DNA from: the human T2T-CHM13v2.0 reference genome, Homo sapiens
Length of the DNA: 64,000 bases
Direction: 5' to 3'
Assembly (NCBI GenBank): GCA_009914755.4
Contig: CP068257.2
Span: 44,576,001 to 44,640,000, forward strand
Within the stretch, counting starts at the first letter, position 1; each line of letters starts with the position of its first letter. Of this stretch, positions 31,575 through 45,272 are shown piece after piece. The notes under the pieces were generated by a model, which saw only the letters and a list, made by a program, of their open reading frames with translations, ran no database searches and was not told where the DNA came from. The translations under genes and the position numbers were made by a program.

Positions 31575-32585
31575 GTGGGTGGCAAGCCACCTTGGTGCCA
31601 AGGCAAGAGACCGAGGGCACGAGCTGTTCCAGTATAATAAAATATATAAAACAACAAGAGTTATACTAGATCTAGATCATACATATGATTATATATGAAT
31701 ATCATTAATCATTAGTTTGTAGCAATTACTCTTTATTCCAATATTATAATAATCCTCGCTCTACAATCATAACCTAGGAAAAACCAGGCCATACAGAGAT
31801 AGGAGCTGAAGAGACATAGTGAGAAGTGACCAGAAGACAAGAGTGAGAGCCTTCTGTTAAGCCCGGACAAGGCCACTAGAGGGCTCCTTGGTCTAGCGGT
31901 AACGCCAGCATCTGGGAAGAGGCCCGTTGCCAAGCGGACCCAACCGTGGTCTAGCGGTAGCGTCAGTGTCAAGGAAAAACACCCGCTACTTAGCATACCG
32001 GGAAAGGGAATCTCCCTTTCCCCGGGGGAGTTTAGAGAAGACTCTACTCCTCCACCTCTTGTGGACGGCCTGACATCAGTCAGGCCCACCCGCAGTTATC
32101 CGGAGGCCTAACCATCTCCCTGTGATGCTGTGCTTCAGTGGTCACGCTCCTAGTCCACTTTCATGTTCCACCCTGTACACCTGGCTCTGCCTTTTAGATA
32201 ACAGTAGCAAAATTAGTGAAAGTACTAAAAGTCTCTGATATGCAGAAATAATGGCATAAGCTGTCTCTCTCTCTCTCTCTCCCACTCTCTGCCTCGGCTG
32301 CCAGGCAGGGAAGAGCCCACTGTCCAGTGGACACGTGACCCATGTGACCTTACCTATCATTGGAGATGGCTCACACTCCTTACCCTGCCCCTTTGTCTTG
32401 TATCCAATAAATATCAGCGCAGCCTGGCATTCAGGGCCACTACCGGTTTCCACGTCTTGGTGGTAGTGGTCCCCCGGGCCCAGCTGTCTTTTCTTTCATC
32501 TCTCTGTCTTGTGTCTTTATTTCTACAATCTCTCATCTCCGCACACAGGGAGAAAAACCTACCGACCCTGTGGGGCTGGACCCTA
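31575..32585 (+). mobile_element. solo LTR copy 2 of the same family, inserted inside an AluS element
   Basis: starts tgtgggtggcaagccacc, ends ...ctggaccctaca; splits an Alu at gctactcgagaggc| ... |gaggctgaggcagg with a 5-bp TSD gaggc. Confidence 0.6.
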
Positions 32586-32705
32586 CAGGAGGCTGAGGCA
32601 GGAGAATCACTTGGACCCAGGAGGCAGAGGCTGCAACGAGCCAAAATTGTGCCATTGCACTCCAGCCTGGGGAACAAGAGCGAACGCTGTCTCAAAAAAA
32701 AAAAA
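32586..32705 (+). mobile_element. AluS right part (continuation of 31381-31573)
   Basis: gaggctgaggcaggagaatcacttggacccaggaggcagaggctgcaacgagccaaaattgtgccattgcactccagcctgg...polyA. Confidence 0.85.
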
Positions 32706-33918
32706 AAAATACAAAAAAACTCCAACTCACAGCCAGCCCACAGGAAGGGTCCCAGCCAGCTAAGCCCAGAGCCAAAGCAGCAAGAACAAACAACACAGTA
32801 ATCCCCACTGACCAAGCACCACTGCATGCCTGACACTGTGCACATGACCAAACCTGATTCCAATCCTGTCACAGGTCAGGCTACAGAGGCAAAGTGGGGC
32901 TGACCCATCTCCTGACCAACTCTATGTCATTGCCTTACCACGAGCCCTGAGAACAGTCTAAACAGGCCCTGATGGGGCCAAGGGAAGAAGAGCACCTTGA
33001 CTTCCCCTAAGGACAGGCCCTCAAATCCCAGGACAGAAAAACTCAATGCTGTACAGTCCAGGTGGCAGCAGGGCTAGAAGTCAAAGCAGAGATGGGGATC
33101 CCAGTGCTCCTCCTGCTAGTCTGGTTACCTGGAATAAATGTGCCTCAGCTTTCTAATGTATCTCATTAGGCTTATTCTAAGGACTAAAAGAAGAACAGGC
33201 CTTGAGCAGGGCTTGGCCTACAGTAAACACCATGGAACTGTTTTTAACGTTAAAGGCCAACTCTTCCCAAACTAACATATAAGCCTATTGCAACTTCATT
33301 TCAAGTCTGGGACAAAATCAGGATAAAGGCAATTTGGATGAGTAAATGAATAGACACAGGTAAGAGATGTTTTAAAAAGAAAGGCAACAAAGGTATATAA
33401 GGACTTTCTATCTATTACAAAGTCAGCGTAGTAAAAGAAAATGATGTATCAGTAAGAGTTATCACAGAAACAAAACCTATTTATGTAGGAATTCACGTCA
33501 TTGAAACAATGTGATTACAAGTCACTAGGGAAAAAAGTCCTATTGCATAAATTCATAGGAGGGAATTTCCCATTTTACAAGGCTGAGGATTTCTGTAGAG
33601 AAACACTCCCAGGATGCAAAATAGTCTTGTGTAGCCAAATCAGTTCAATACCCAGGCAGTCCAACTGCTATGCTCCTCCTACTCACCAGCCTGAACCTGA
33701 AGCTCTCCTGCAATAGCCCCGAGGAAGTTCACAGCAGATATCAGCTCCCCACCCACCACTCTGCCCACCTACAGCCCCTTGGCATAGGCTGGGCCTTCCA
33801 CCTGGAATGTCCATCCCATCCTGTACTGAGACTTCAAAGCCCACCTTCCTCCTCCCTCAAGGCAACACAGAGCCCTAGAGAACCACTTGCTTCTCTTATC
33901 AGAGAGCCTGTCACCCTA

Positions 33919-34317
<399 letters not shown>

Positions 34318-34952
34318 TCACATACAGCCCAAGTCAAAACAGTGAATGTAAATTACTTTAAAAGTTTCAGCTGTTTCCATCAAAAGTCTGAAACTCTTTG
34401 ATGAGAGCATCACACCTCAGCAAAGTAAAAGAACAGCTGCACATTTTCGTTGCTTTATTTGCCAGTCATGTATTCTTCACAACTTCTCCAAGATGTCTGG
34501 AATAAACCAGGCACCCAGACTGTAGGGTGGGGCACGGGTGCCGACCTGGGCCTGGGACTCGGGCCTCTCAAAGAGGGCCCAAGGGGCGGCACAGCCTTTC
34601 CCTCGGTGGCCGGGGCTCGGCAGGAGACCCTGTTTACACTGCAGACTCTGACGACCAAAATCTCTTACAATGCACACAACTAAGACAGTGGATCCAAACA
34701 CTTTTTGTGAATAAAAACAAAGTTACAACTATCTTTGCAACTCTCCTATAAGTCAAAAATTATCTCAAAATAAGGTGCTAAAAAATAAAACATTAGGAGT
34801 CTCCTATGCGTGGTTTAGAGATGAAGGGGCTGAAGCGGAGGGGCCCGCGAACGCAGTTCCCGTGGGCGCTCGCCTTGGGGATGGGCGTCGCTGGCCGGGT
34901 CCTCCCACCCGCCTTTCTGAGAGAAAACGTGCTCCTCACGGCTCACCCCTCA

Positions 34953-35174
<222 letters not shown>

Positions 35175-35289
35175 TCAGCGACCCAGGCCCCGCCCCAACG
35201 CCGGCCGCCGGCCCACTGCCCCAGTCGCGCTCTCCTCAGCACCTAGGACCACCCCGCATTCGTCAGGAGCCCGGGGCGAGGGGACTCAC

Positions 35290-35303
35290 GTGCCCTCCGT
35301 CAT
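35290..35303 (-). CDS. LSS: LSS exon 1, coding part (Met-Thr-Glu-Gly-Thr, donor AC|gtgagt); the 5'UTR and TSS lie just upstream (higher coordinates) in the CpG island and are not delimited
   Basis: minus-strand ATG ACG GAG GGC AC followed by gtgagt; joins in frame to exon 2 ([10 protein letters not shown]...), giving the lanosterol synthase N-terminus MTEGTCLRRRGG. Confidence 0.8.
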
Positions 35304-35371
35304 TGCTGCTGCAGTGCTCTACGCCGCCCACTGCCAGCTGCCAGATGTCCGCACCCGGGACCTGCCGCCCA

Positions 35372-35408
35372 GCCCCGCCCCTCCCGCCCCTCCCGCCCCT
35401 CCCGCGCG
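35372..35408 (-). promoter_or_regulatory. three stacked Sp1-type GC boxes (ccgcccctc x3, GGGGCGG on the minus strand), 70-105 bp upstream of the LSS ATG
   Basis: ccccgcccctcccgcccctcccgcccctcccgcgcgc. Confidence 0.6.
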
Positions 35409-35466
35409 CACTACGCAGGCGCAGGCCTCGGCAGGCGCTCAGGCTTAGGTGGGCCGACGCCCACGC

Positions 35467-35477
35467 AACCAATCAGA
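35467..35477 (+). promoter_or_regulatory. CCAAT box (NF-Y type, caaCCAATCAg) about 165 bp upstream of the LSS ATG
   Basis: exact CCAATCAG motif inside a TATA-less CpG-island promoter. Confidence 0.5.
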
Positions 35478-35629
35478 GCGCCGCGAGCGTGACCCCGGGG
35501 TGTGCCAGGCGACCACAGTGGTGGAGCGCTTGGTGCCCCATGCGGCGTGGGGCGGGGCCTGAGGGAGCGGGGATGGTGGGTGAAGGCGACGGGACGGGGG
35601 AGGCGGGTGGGGCCTTATTGGCGGGGCAT

Positions 35630-35760
35630 GAGGGGCGGGGCTGGTGGGTGGGGAGGTGGGGGCGGGGCTGGTGGGTGGGGAGGTGGGGGCGGGGGCTGGT
35701 GGGTGCGGGTGGGTGCGGGGCTGGTGGGTGGGGCCGAAGGGCGGGGGCGGGGGCGGGGCC
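35630..35760. repeat. G-rich minisatellite, about 28-bp unit x about 4.5 (gggcggggctggtgggtggggaggtgg), G-rich on the plus strand, 330-450 bp upstream of the LSS ATG
   Basis: direct tandem copies with point variants; runs of 3-5 G separated by 1-4 nt (G-quadruplex potential). Confidence 0.8.
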
Positions 35761-37472
35761 TCTCGCGCGCCCTCTAGAGGCTTGCGTCCCGGGAGCCCGG
35801 CCTCGTGCGCCGCGCTTTGAGGTGAGCCTCTCTGAGAAATTTGTGAGGAGGGTCCAGCCGCGGGTCGGAAGGAAGGACGTGGGGAGCGAGGCTCGAGCGA
35901 GCGACAGCGAGTGCGAAGGTCGGGTGGCAGGGAATTGCTCTCGCGCTGCAGGATTTGCCCGGACGCCGGGGCCGGGGGTGGGGGCGGGAGGCCGCCCTGA
36001 GGTGAGGTGGGCGCGGGCCGTCGGCTCCAGTGCGAGACCAGGGGGAGGGCGGGGCGGAGCGGAGGAGCCGAGGGCGCCGCCGGCGTCCCTGGGAAGCTGA
36101 GCGCCGCGTAGCTTCGCCGGGGGGAGTGGGGTAGGCGCGGTGAGGCCGTGGGCCCCCACACCTGGCGGACCACAGGGGCCAGAAGCCCTGGAGCCCCGCC
36201 AGGGAAGGGCTGCGTCGCTGGCCAGGACCGAGCGCGGTAGAGCCTCAGCTGCTCACGGGGTCGCTGGAGTTGGGGGTGGCCCCAGGAGAAATTAAAGGTG
36301 AAAAGCCTTAGCAGCAGAGGGAAGAGGAAGATGGAGGCAGAGCGAGTGACCGAACTTGGAAGGGACAGCCGGGCGCAACAGGGCAGGGGGGCGTCTGACT
36401 GTTGGAAACATGGCTGACGTCTGGAGGCTGCAGCCAGTGGTCCGTAAGTCAGGTCAAGGACCCACAGAAGACCCCAGCATGTCTTCACCTGGCCCACAGA
36501 AGCCCTGACATCCAGTTACAACTGCCCCAGCCTAGTGAGCATTTCGGCACCCACTCCTTAATTCCTACCCCCAGCCTAACTTCGAAGGGGCGGTGAGCCA
36601 CAGCAAGCCGGAGGAGAAAGTTGGAAGAGAGAGTGGACAAAAGAATACCCACAGGCACCTTCCCCACAGTGGAATAGCGGGGTTTTAGACAATCAAGGAT
36701 AATCACCTCTTCCTATCCCAGTTCAGAAACGGATGAAAAAGACACAGCAATAAGATGGGTGGGTATCAAAATATCAGCTTTGCCACAAATTAAAAACCTA
36801 GCTTGAAGGACAAGGCTTAAATCTGCAAGCAAGAGGGCAAGCTACTAAATCACCCGTAAGTCAGACAAACATATCCCCCAGCCTCTAGGCCATGAAACTG
36901 CCTCACCAAGCACTATGCAATTGAGTGCCCACCAGAAGACACCCCTCCAGTCAACCCACAGACCCCAGAAAGAGTACCCAGAGGAGCCTGAGCACACTCC
37001 ACCCTATCTGTTCTCTGAAATTCAATCAAATGAGTCACTCTACTTCTCTGGAAGCAGAAAGAGGCTGGAAGTTTTTCTCCAGGTAAGTTCCTCCATGTAG
37101 AAACATGAAGAATAGGGATAAGGGGCTTCAGCCTGGATGGAATCTCACACTGAACCTGGCAAAGCTAGGTGAGGGAAGAGGTTTCAACTGGATAAGAGTT
37201 TGAGTTTTGATATCTTAATGGACTGGACTTTTTATGAGTAAAATAATCCGCTCTTTTTAATGTCTGAAAGAAAAGAAAAAGCTGTAAACTACGTCTGAGA
37301 ATTGACACAGTTAAGCTTCTAGGGGCAGTCATGAGAAAAAACACTGTTCCTATCTGCTTACATACTACTGCATCCAGCTTATTCATTAAGCCAGATACAG
37401 AAGGCTCTGAGGATTTTGGCCTCAACAACTGGGTATATGGTGGTGGTCATTTACTAAAATAGAGGTGTCTTT

Positions 37473-37783
<311 letters not shown>

Positions 37784-40700
37784 TGATTGGAAAATTCAGA
37801 TTAAAGTGGGGACAAGTTATACTAGAGATGCTTATTAGACATTCAAGTGAAATATTGAGTAGGCTGGCATTCAGGAGAGAACATAATGCTAGAGATAGGA
37901 ATTTGGGAGTCATTTGCTTTCAGGTAGTATTTGAAATCATGAGATTGGACAAGATGAATTAGGAAATGCACATAAAAAAGAGAAGTTCTAGAATGAGCCC
38001 TGGGGCACCGACCTTTTCCAGTATAGAGGAATGGCCAGAGAGAGGAGGAAAACCAGAGGAATATGAAGTCATAATATAAGTGAAGACATGGTGATCTTTG
38101 CTGAGGCTTTGAAGGGATTGCAAAATGAAGACAGAATTTATTATTGGATGCAACAAAACAATGTATTGGTGACTGACAAGAGCTATCTAAAGAGACATGG
38201 GGGGAAAAGCCTAATGGCAGAATTTTGAAAGAAATTTTCAGTTAAACATGGCAGACTGAGCATAAACATTAACCTCCATTTCCTGCCCAAACCCTACTCA
38301 CATAAAGTAATAAAAGACCAAAAAAACCCCACAAAGAATGGGAGAGGAGACACTAGTAAGCAAGAGAAGTCAACAAAATTATAGAGACTGGGAATGGATG
38401 GAGAAGTGATAACTGAGTTAGCTAGAGAAAGTTGAGACTTACGTTTGTGGGTGAAGCCAACAAGAGACCATTCCTGCCAGCAAATACCAGGAAGGTGCAG
38501 AAATTGGAATAACTGGTGGAAAATTTTTGTGAGGAACAGTATGACCATAGATCCCCTCTCCTACTTGGGTGGAGGAAGTCTCCCGTAGTTGAATCAGAGT
38601 AGGTGTTACCTCAGGCATGAGGCATAGCTGAGGACCACTGAAAGCAGACAGATTGAGTTAAAGTCTACACATGTGGGTCCAGGCTCACTTCTCCCACTTA
38701 GCCAGATAGCATGAGATAGTGGGAGGATCCCTCTGGAGCAGCTGGCCCACAAGAGTCCTGCAAACACTGGCAACTATGACCTAGTAGAAAAACAAACCTA
38801 TTAGCTGGCAGACTGTACCCATTGACAGTTTCCAACAAGCACCATCATCAGCATGAGCCAGACATTTGGGGAAAACAGTGCAACATTACCTCCAGCCATG
38901 CAAGTGATCCATCTTGGACCACTGACCCAGTCAAGCCTTCAGATGACTATAACCTCAGCCAATACCTGACTGCAGCTGCATGAGAGATCCCAACAGAAAG
39001 CTGCCCAGCTGAATCCTCCTCAAATTTAAGCTACTATATTTGGGGTAATTTGTTCAATAGCAACAAAAAAACTAGAAAAAAGGACTACAAAGTGCCCAGC
39101 ACAATAAATTGGGCAGGGGTTGGGGAGGGAATGGGGAGGCAACATATGAAGTAATGTCATTGAGAAATTTGAGAACACCAGGAATAGAGGTGATCTCAAA
39201 AATTTCCAGCAACAAAAAAAGCAAAAACACAAAGGAACGATTTCCAATCTAAAATTCTATTCTCATTCAAATGATGAATCAAACGTAAGGATAGATAAGT
39301 CCAAAAAACAAAAAAAAACCATTTCTTTACTCTCACAACATCCTTTTGGCACCAGATGTAGAGAATTTCTCCCCACCGACAAGCAAGCATTCAGCTGTAC
39401 AGCAGACACCAGCTGGGTATCCGCTTCAATCCTGCACCGTCTACCTGGAGATAGCAGCAGATCACACAAGTTGAGGACTCTGTGCCGCAAGACTGAGCCC
39501 CATGTCCAGTGTCAATCACAAGCCCCAGGTTGTTTTACCTGTCCTTCTGGGTTCCCAAGACCCCTTCCTTGGCTTTAATTTACAAGAGCAGTTCACAGAA
39601 CTCAGGGAAACACATGTTTATTACAAGGCTATTTTAAAGGCTACAAATAGCCAGATGAAAAGATACACAGGATGAAGCCTAGAAGAGTCCCAAGAGCAGG
39701 AGCTTCTGTCTGCAAGGAGTTGCGAAGTGCCATTCTCTCAGCATGTGGACGTGTTCTTGTCCACCTTCCTGGAAGCCCCCACACATTTGGCTATCCACAA
39801 GCTCTCTGAACCCTGTCCTTTTGGGTTTTTAGGAGCCCTCATTACATAGGCATGATTGATTAAATCATTGGCCACTGGCGATCAACGTCACTTTCAGTCC
39901 CTCTCCCCCAACCTCTGGGAGTTTGGGGGGTGGGCTGAAAGTTTCAACCCCTCTAATCATGCCCTGGTCTTTCAGATGTCCAGTCCCTATCCTGAAGCTA
40001 CATAGGAGCTGTCCGCCATCAGTCATCTTACTAGCATACAAAAAGACATCACTTTAGAGATCCCAAGGATTTTAGGAGTTGTATATCAGAAGGCAGAGAC
40101 AAAGACCAGATATATATTTGATAATATTACAGTAGAAATAAAGACATTTTAGATATTCAAGCTCAGGAGGCTACTAAAGGACAGGCTCCATCAAGAAGAG
40201 AAAACCAAGCAAGAGGAAAATATGATTCAGAATCCAGGAAATGTCCAAGTTATGGCAAGAAGACAGGGGGTTCTCAGGAACATCTCGAAGAGAAAGTGGA
40301 GCATATTACCTGATGCACATGACTTTGTTGGGAAGAGCTTTACATTTAGGGCAGCGACTTTTGGGTAAAGTAGTGACAAGAGCATAGAAAACCAAGCAAA
40401 TGAGAAAAACAATGTAATTAACTCCAGGAAAAATCAAAAGTTGTACCTAAAGGAAATGTAATCATAAACCAATAAAGGGCTCAACAGGAAATGGTAAACA
40501 TACAGTTATACTAAACTGTGAATGCAGGTTTCAGCCAATATCAAACTGCTTAGGGAGACTAATAGGAGAGGAAATGTGGGTGTCGAGGGTGGGGGTGATA
40601 ATATGTTGTGGGAAAGACAGTGTAAGAGAAGCTAACTCCTCTTCCATTGTAGGAAGTCAACAATGTCAAGTCAAGATTAAGAAATAGCATTATTTAAGTC

Positions 40701-41822
40701 TTTACATGAAGCTAATCACTAAAGATCCCTGAGTTGAGTAGTGTGTGTTTGGAGAAGCAGGGATTGATTTGGTGGAGGAAGAGGTTCTCTTCTTAGTGCT
40801 GTTGTTTTCTCAGTGAAATAAGGAGGACATGATCTAAGAATGTTGGAGGTTTGAAGAGAATGAGAAGACATGAAATAGAGTCTGGGGATGTAGGATTACA
40901 GTCAGGAGATGCTGAGTGCCAGTTTAAGATTGGTGGTCATACGCAACATCACCAAGTCTATTAATACCTCTTTCTGTATATGGCTCAAATTTTATCCCCT
41001 CTCTTCACACCAATTGCTAACAAACTCAGGCTTATTCCCTTTGAATTTCACCTGGATGGCTGCAGCACCCACCTCTCAAGATTCCTGCCCTACATGCCAT
41101 TCTTAAAAGAAAATGTGACCAGATCACTTCTCTGCCTAATCTTCAACAACGGGTTCTCACAGCTCTCAGAAGAAGGTGACAAGAATCTCTGACCTCACCC
41201 TGCTGGCCTGTTCCCCTCACCTGGCCACACAACCAAGCTGGTACCTCCACGCTTTCATCATGTCCTCTCAAGTACACTGTCTCCAGCTACACCCCTGCAC
41301 TCCTCTCCGGGAATTCTGTTTCTCCTCTACCCAACCAGACCCTGTTCCATCCTCTGTTTTTTCCTTGCTACCAATTCAGGCCCACGCCTCATGCACATTC
41401 TCTGAGAATTATGTACATAAGTACCTGACTCTCCTGGATGTAAGCTGGGTGGGCTTAGCAGGCAGAGGCCCTGTGTCTTACTTTATCTCTGCATCACTGA
41501 TGTCTGGCACATCAAGGACTGCAAGTTTGCTGAGAGAATGAATCGCCTTTTATACATGGAAATGTAAGCTCTAAACTGCCTCAGAGCATATGCTGGTGGG
41601 TGACAATCTGAGGAGGTCATGAATATAGGAGAATATTGAAGAGGTCACACAGGGGAAACAACTTTTCCTTATGAAAAACTGGGAGACTGACATTTAAATG
41701 GTTTATCTGCATGATTAAATTAATCACATTTCCAACAGTGCATCAAGCATCTGAGAATAACATTATTTTGAGTAAAAACAGAAACTCTTCGGGAGAGACC
41801 CCCTCCCCACAGGTCAGGCTGC

Positions 41823-41981
41823 TCAAATGTCCACCATGTCTAGCAGCGCAGAGAGATGGAGCTCAGAGGCAACTTCCTCTTCCCTTGAACTCCGGATCAG
41901 CCTTTCCAGGTGCTTTAGTCGTTCGCCTAGACACGTTCCTGTCGCCTCTGACAGCTGCAGTTGCTCCCTCATCATGTCACT
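41823..41981 (-). CDS. MCM3AP: Terminal coding exon of the gene upstream of LSS (MCM3AP/GANP by position): [52 protein letters not shown]; stop TGA at 41823-41825. The 3'UTR runs to lower coordinates; the polyA site is not delimited (about 41.5-41.7 kb)
   Basis: acceptor ttttttattcaaatag|AGT GAC ATG; open frame of 52 codons to TGA; phase 0 joins the preceding 53-nt exon; the distance to the LSS TSS matches the known gap between the MCM3AP 3' end and LSS. Gene identity is inferred from synteny, not from recognising the protein. Confidence 0.55.
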
Positions 41982-42229
41982 CTATTTGAATAAAAAAGAA
42001 ACTGAACAGTTTTGGGATGTCAATAAACCACGACCTATCTCTGGGAAGGTACTAGATCTGGATCATGTTAGAAACCTCATCTGAGTAGTCATTTATTTTT
42101 ACAGAGGGAAAAAAATTATCCTTTGTATATCCTTCCAGCCTCATTTAGCTCGTACATTCAGCTGGTATCTGTATATAGACTGTTTGCCTTTGTATTCTAT
42201 CATGAACAATTTCCAGTGTCAGTCATTTT

Positions 42230-42521
<292 letters not shown>

Positions 42522-42814
42522 TGAATTATTCTATCACATGAATGTGTTATAATTGTTTAATCAGACTCCCATCTTCGGATATTTATTCTGTTTCGACTTT
42601 CATACAATAATGCTACAGTAAACATTTTTATACATTAATTTTTGGGGAATATCTGGTAGGTCAGAATTCTTTAGGTTAGAATTGGTAATTCAAAGGGTAT
42701 GAATATTTTTAAAGTATTTGCCAAACTGATGAATGGAAACAGTACATCATTTTAATTTGCTTTTCTCCTCTATTGAAGGACTTCCTAAAGCCAGTCCAGG
42801 AGCACAGTTTTTAC

Positions 42815-42867
42815 CTGTTCAGTGGCACATATCTGTGATTGAAACTCTGTTTTTGCATCTTTAACCA
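42815..42867 (-). CDS. MCM3AP: 53-nt coding exon (V)VKDAKTEFQSQICATEQ
   Basis: acceptor ccattcttccttcag|TG GTT AAA; donor AAC CAG|gtaaaa; 2+51 nt closes the phase between the 50.0-50.3 kb exon (ends +1) and the terminal exon (phase 0). Confidence 0.55.
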
Positions 42868-43656
42868 CTGAAGGAAGAATGGTAAGGTAAAAAGACCTTA
42901 GGCTTTGGAGCCAGTTGGATCTGGCTTTGAAAAGCAACCCTGACCACTCACTACTTGAACACTCTTGGGTGAGGCTCTTGACTTCTGGGAGCTTACCTTC
43001 CTCATTCATTAGTTTTCCTCAGGAAAAATTAATCCCAGAAGAGAGGTCTGGGTAATGCCAAAGCTCAGACAATATGTGCTCCAACAGAAGCTGCTGTCAT
43101 CACCTTAATGCCCTTAATTACACATCAGCACACAGTTACAGGTCTTATTCAGTTCTTAAGAATATTTCAATTCTATTCTTCATTTATTTCGTAGGCAGAA
43201 ACTCAAAATCAGTTGGGTCTCTTTAACAATGATATGGATAAAGTTTAAGAAAAGGTCTAATTTGAGCTAATAATTTGTCGGTCATCAAAACATCATAGGA
43301 TAAATCGTGATATTACTTTTTTCCCCAGCCATTCTCTCAATCTTTAATTCTTACGTAAATGCCAAATGTATACGTTCTTCTCACCTGTGGGCTAGTAGTT
43401 ACAGATGTTTTCATCACAGGTTCAATAGTGTGAGAAAGAGACACTAGAGTCTGAGGAAGATAGAGGGGAAGGGAAGTTAAATCCGTAAATGCTCCTGAGT
43501 CTTCAGACAACCATTGCTGAAGCTGATCTTCAAACCTGAAACAATATGTAATAAATTCAAAAATATTTGAGCATTAGGAAGTTAACTATTGTTCATTAAT
43601 CTTCTATATATACTTAAAAACTTTTTAAGCCTTTGCTTTTTTAAAATTTTATATAA

Positions 43657-44262
<606 letters not shown>

Positions 44263-44374
44263 TGCTTTTTACTAAGAATATAACTAAGTTATGACATCAA
44301 CTGAGAAGCAGAAATGTACTTATTAAAAATTTAACAACTTCCTATGATAAAGCTTAATTTAAAAAAAAAAACTA

Positions 44375-44670
44375 GGCTGGGCTCGGTGGCTCATGCCTGT
44401 AATCCCAACACTTTGGGAGGCCGAGGCGGGCAGATCACCTGAGGTCAGGAGTTCAAGATCAGCCTGATCAACATGGTGAAACCCCGTCTCTACTAAAAAT
44501 ACAAAAATTAGCCAGGCATGGTGACACGTGCCTGTAATCCCAGCTACTTGGGAGGCTGAGGCAGGAGAACTGCCTGAACCCGGGAGGCGGAGGTTGCAGT
44601 GAGCCAGATCACGCCATTGCACTCCACCCAGGGCAACAAGAGCAAAACTCCATCTCAAAAAAAAAAAAAA
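44375..44670 (+). mobile_element. Alu
   Basis: ggctgggctcggtggctcatgcctgtaatcccaacactttgggaggccgaggcgggcagatcacctgaggtcaggag... Confidence 0.9.
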
Positions 44671-44936
44671 AAAAATTAGAGAAACCACTTCCCTTTAATT
44701 TATAAATCCAATTCCAATTTATATTTAATGAAAAAGGTGGTATTAATCCAAAAACAACTGCTTCGATGTGTTACTTAACATTACTTGTAATTGTCTTGTT
44801 TGGCTTATCTTATTTAATTTACTTTGGTTTTATGCATCTATAATTAATTCTTCTGACATTTTCCAAATGAGTGGATTGCTGCTTATAGCTTAAAATTAAC
44901 TCAAAATAATATCCCACTGCCACCTAACATACTCTA

Positions 44937-45272
<336 letters not shown>

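Noticed and set aside
35303-36497. 350-aa, 265-aa and 228-aa ORFs spanning the CpG island on both strands
   Set aside because: GC-rich, stop-poor sequence produces long random ORFs. The composition is Pro/Gly/Arg/Ala-rich and the G-rich minisatellite is read in frame. Only the first 14 nt below 35303 are genuine LSS exon 1 coding sequence.
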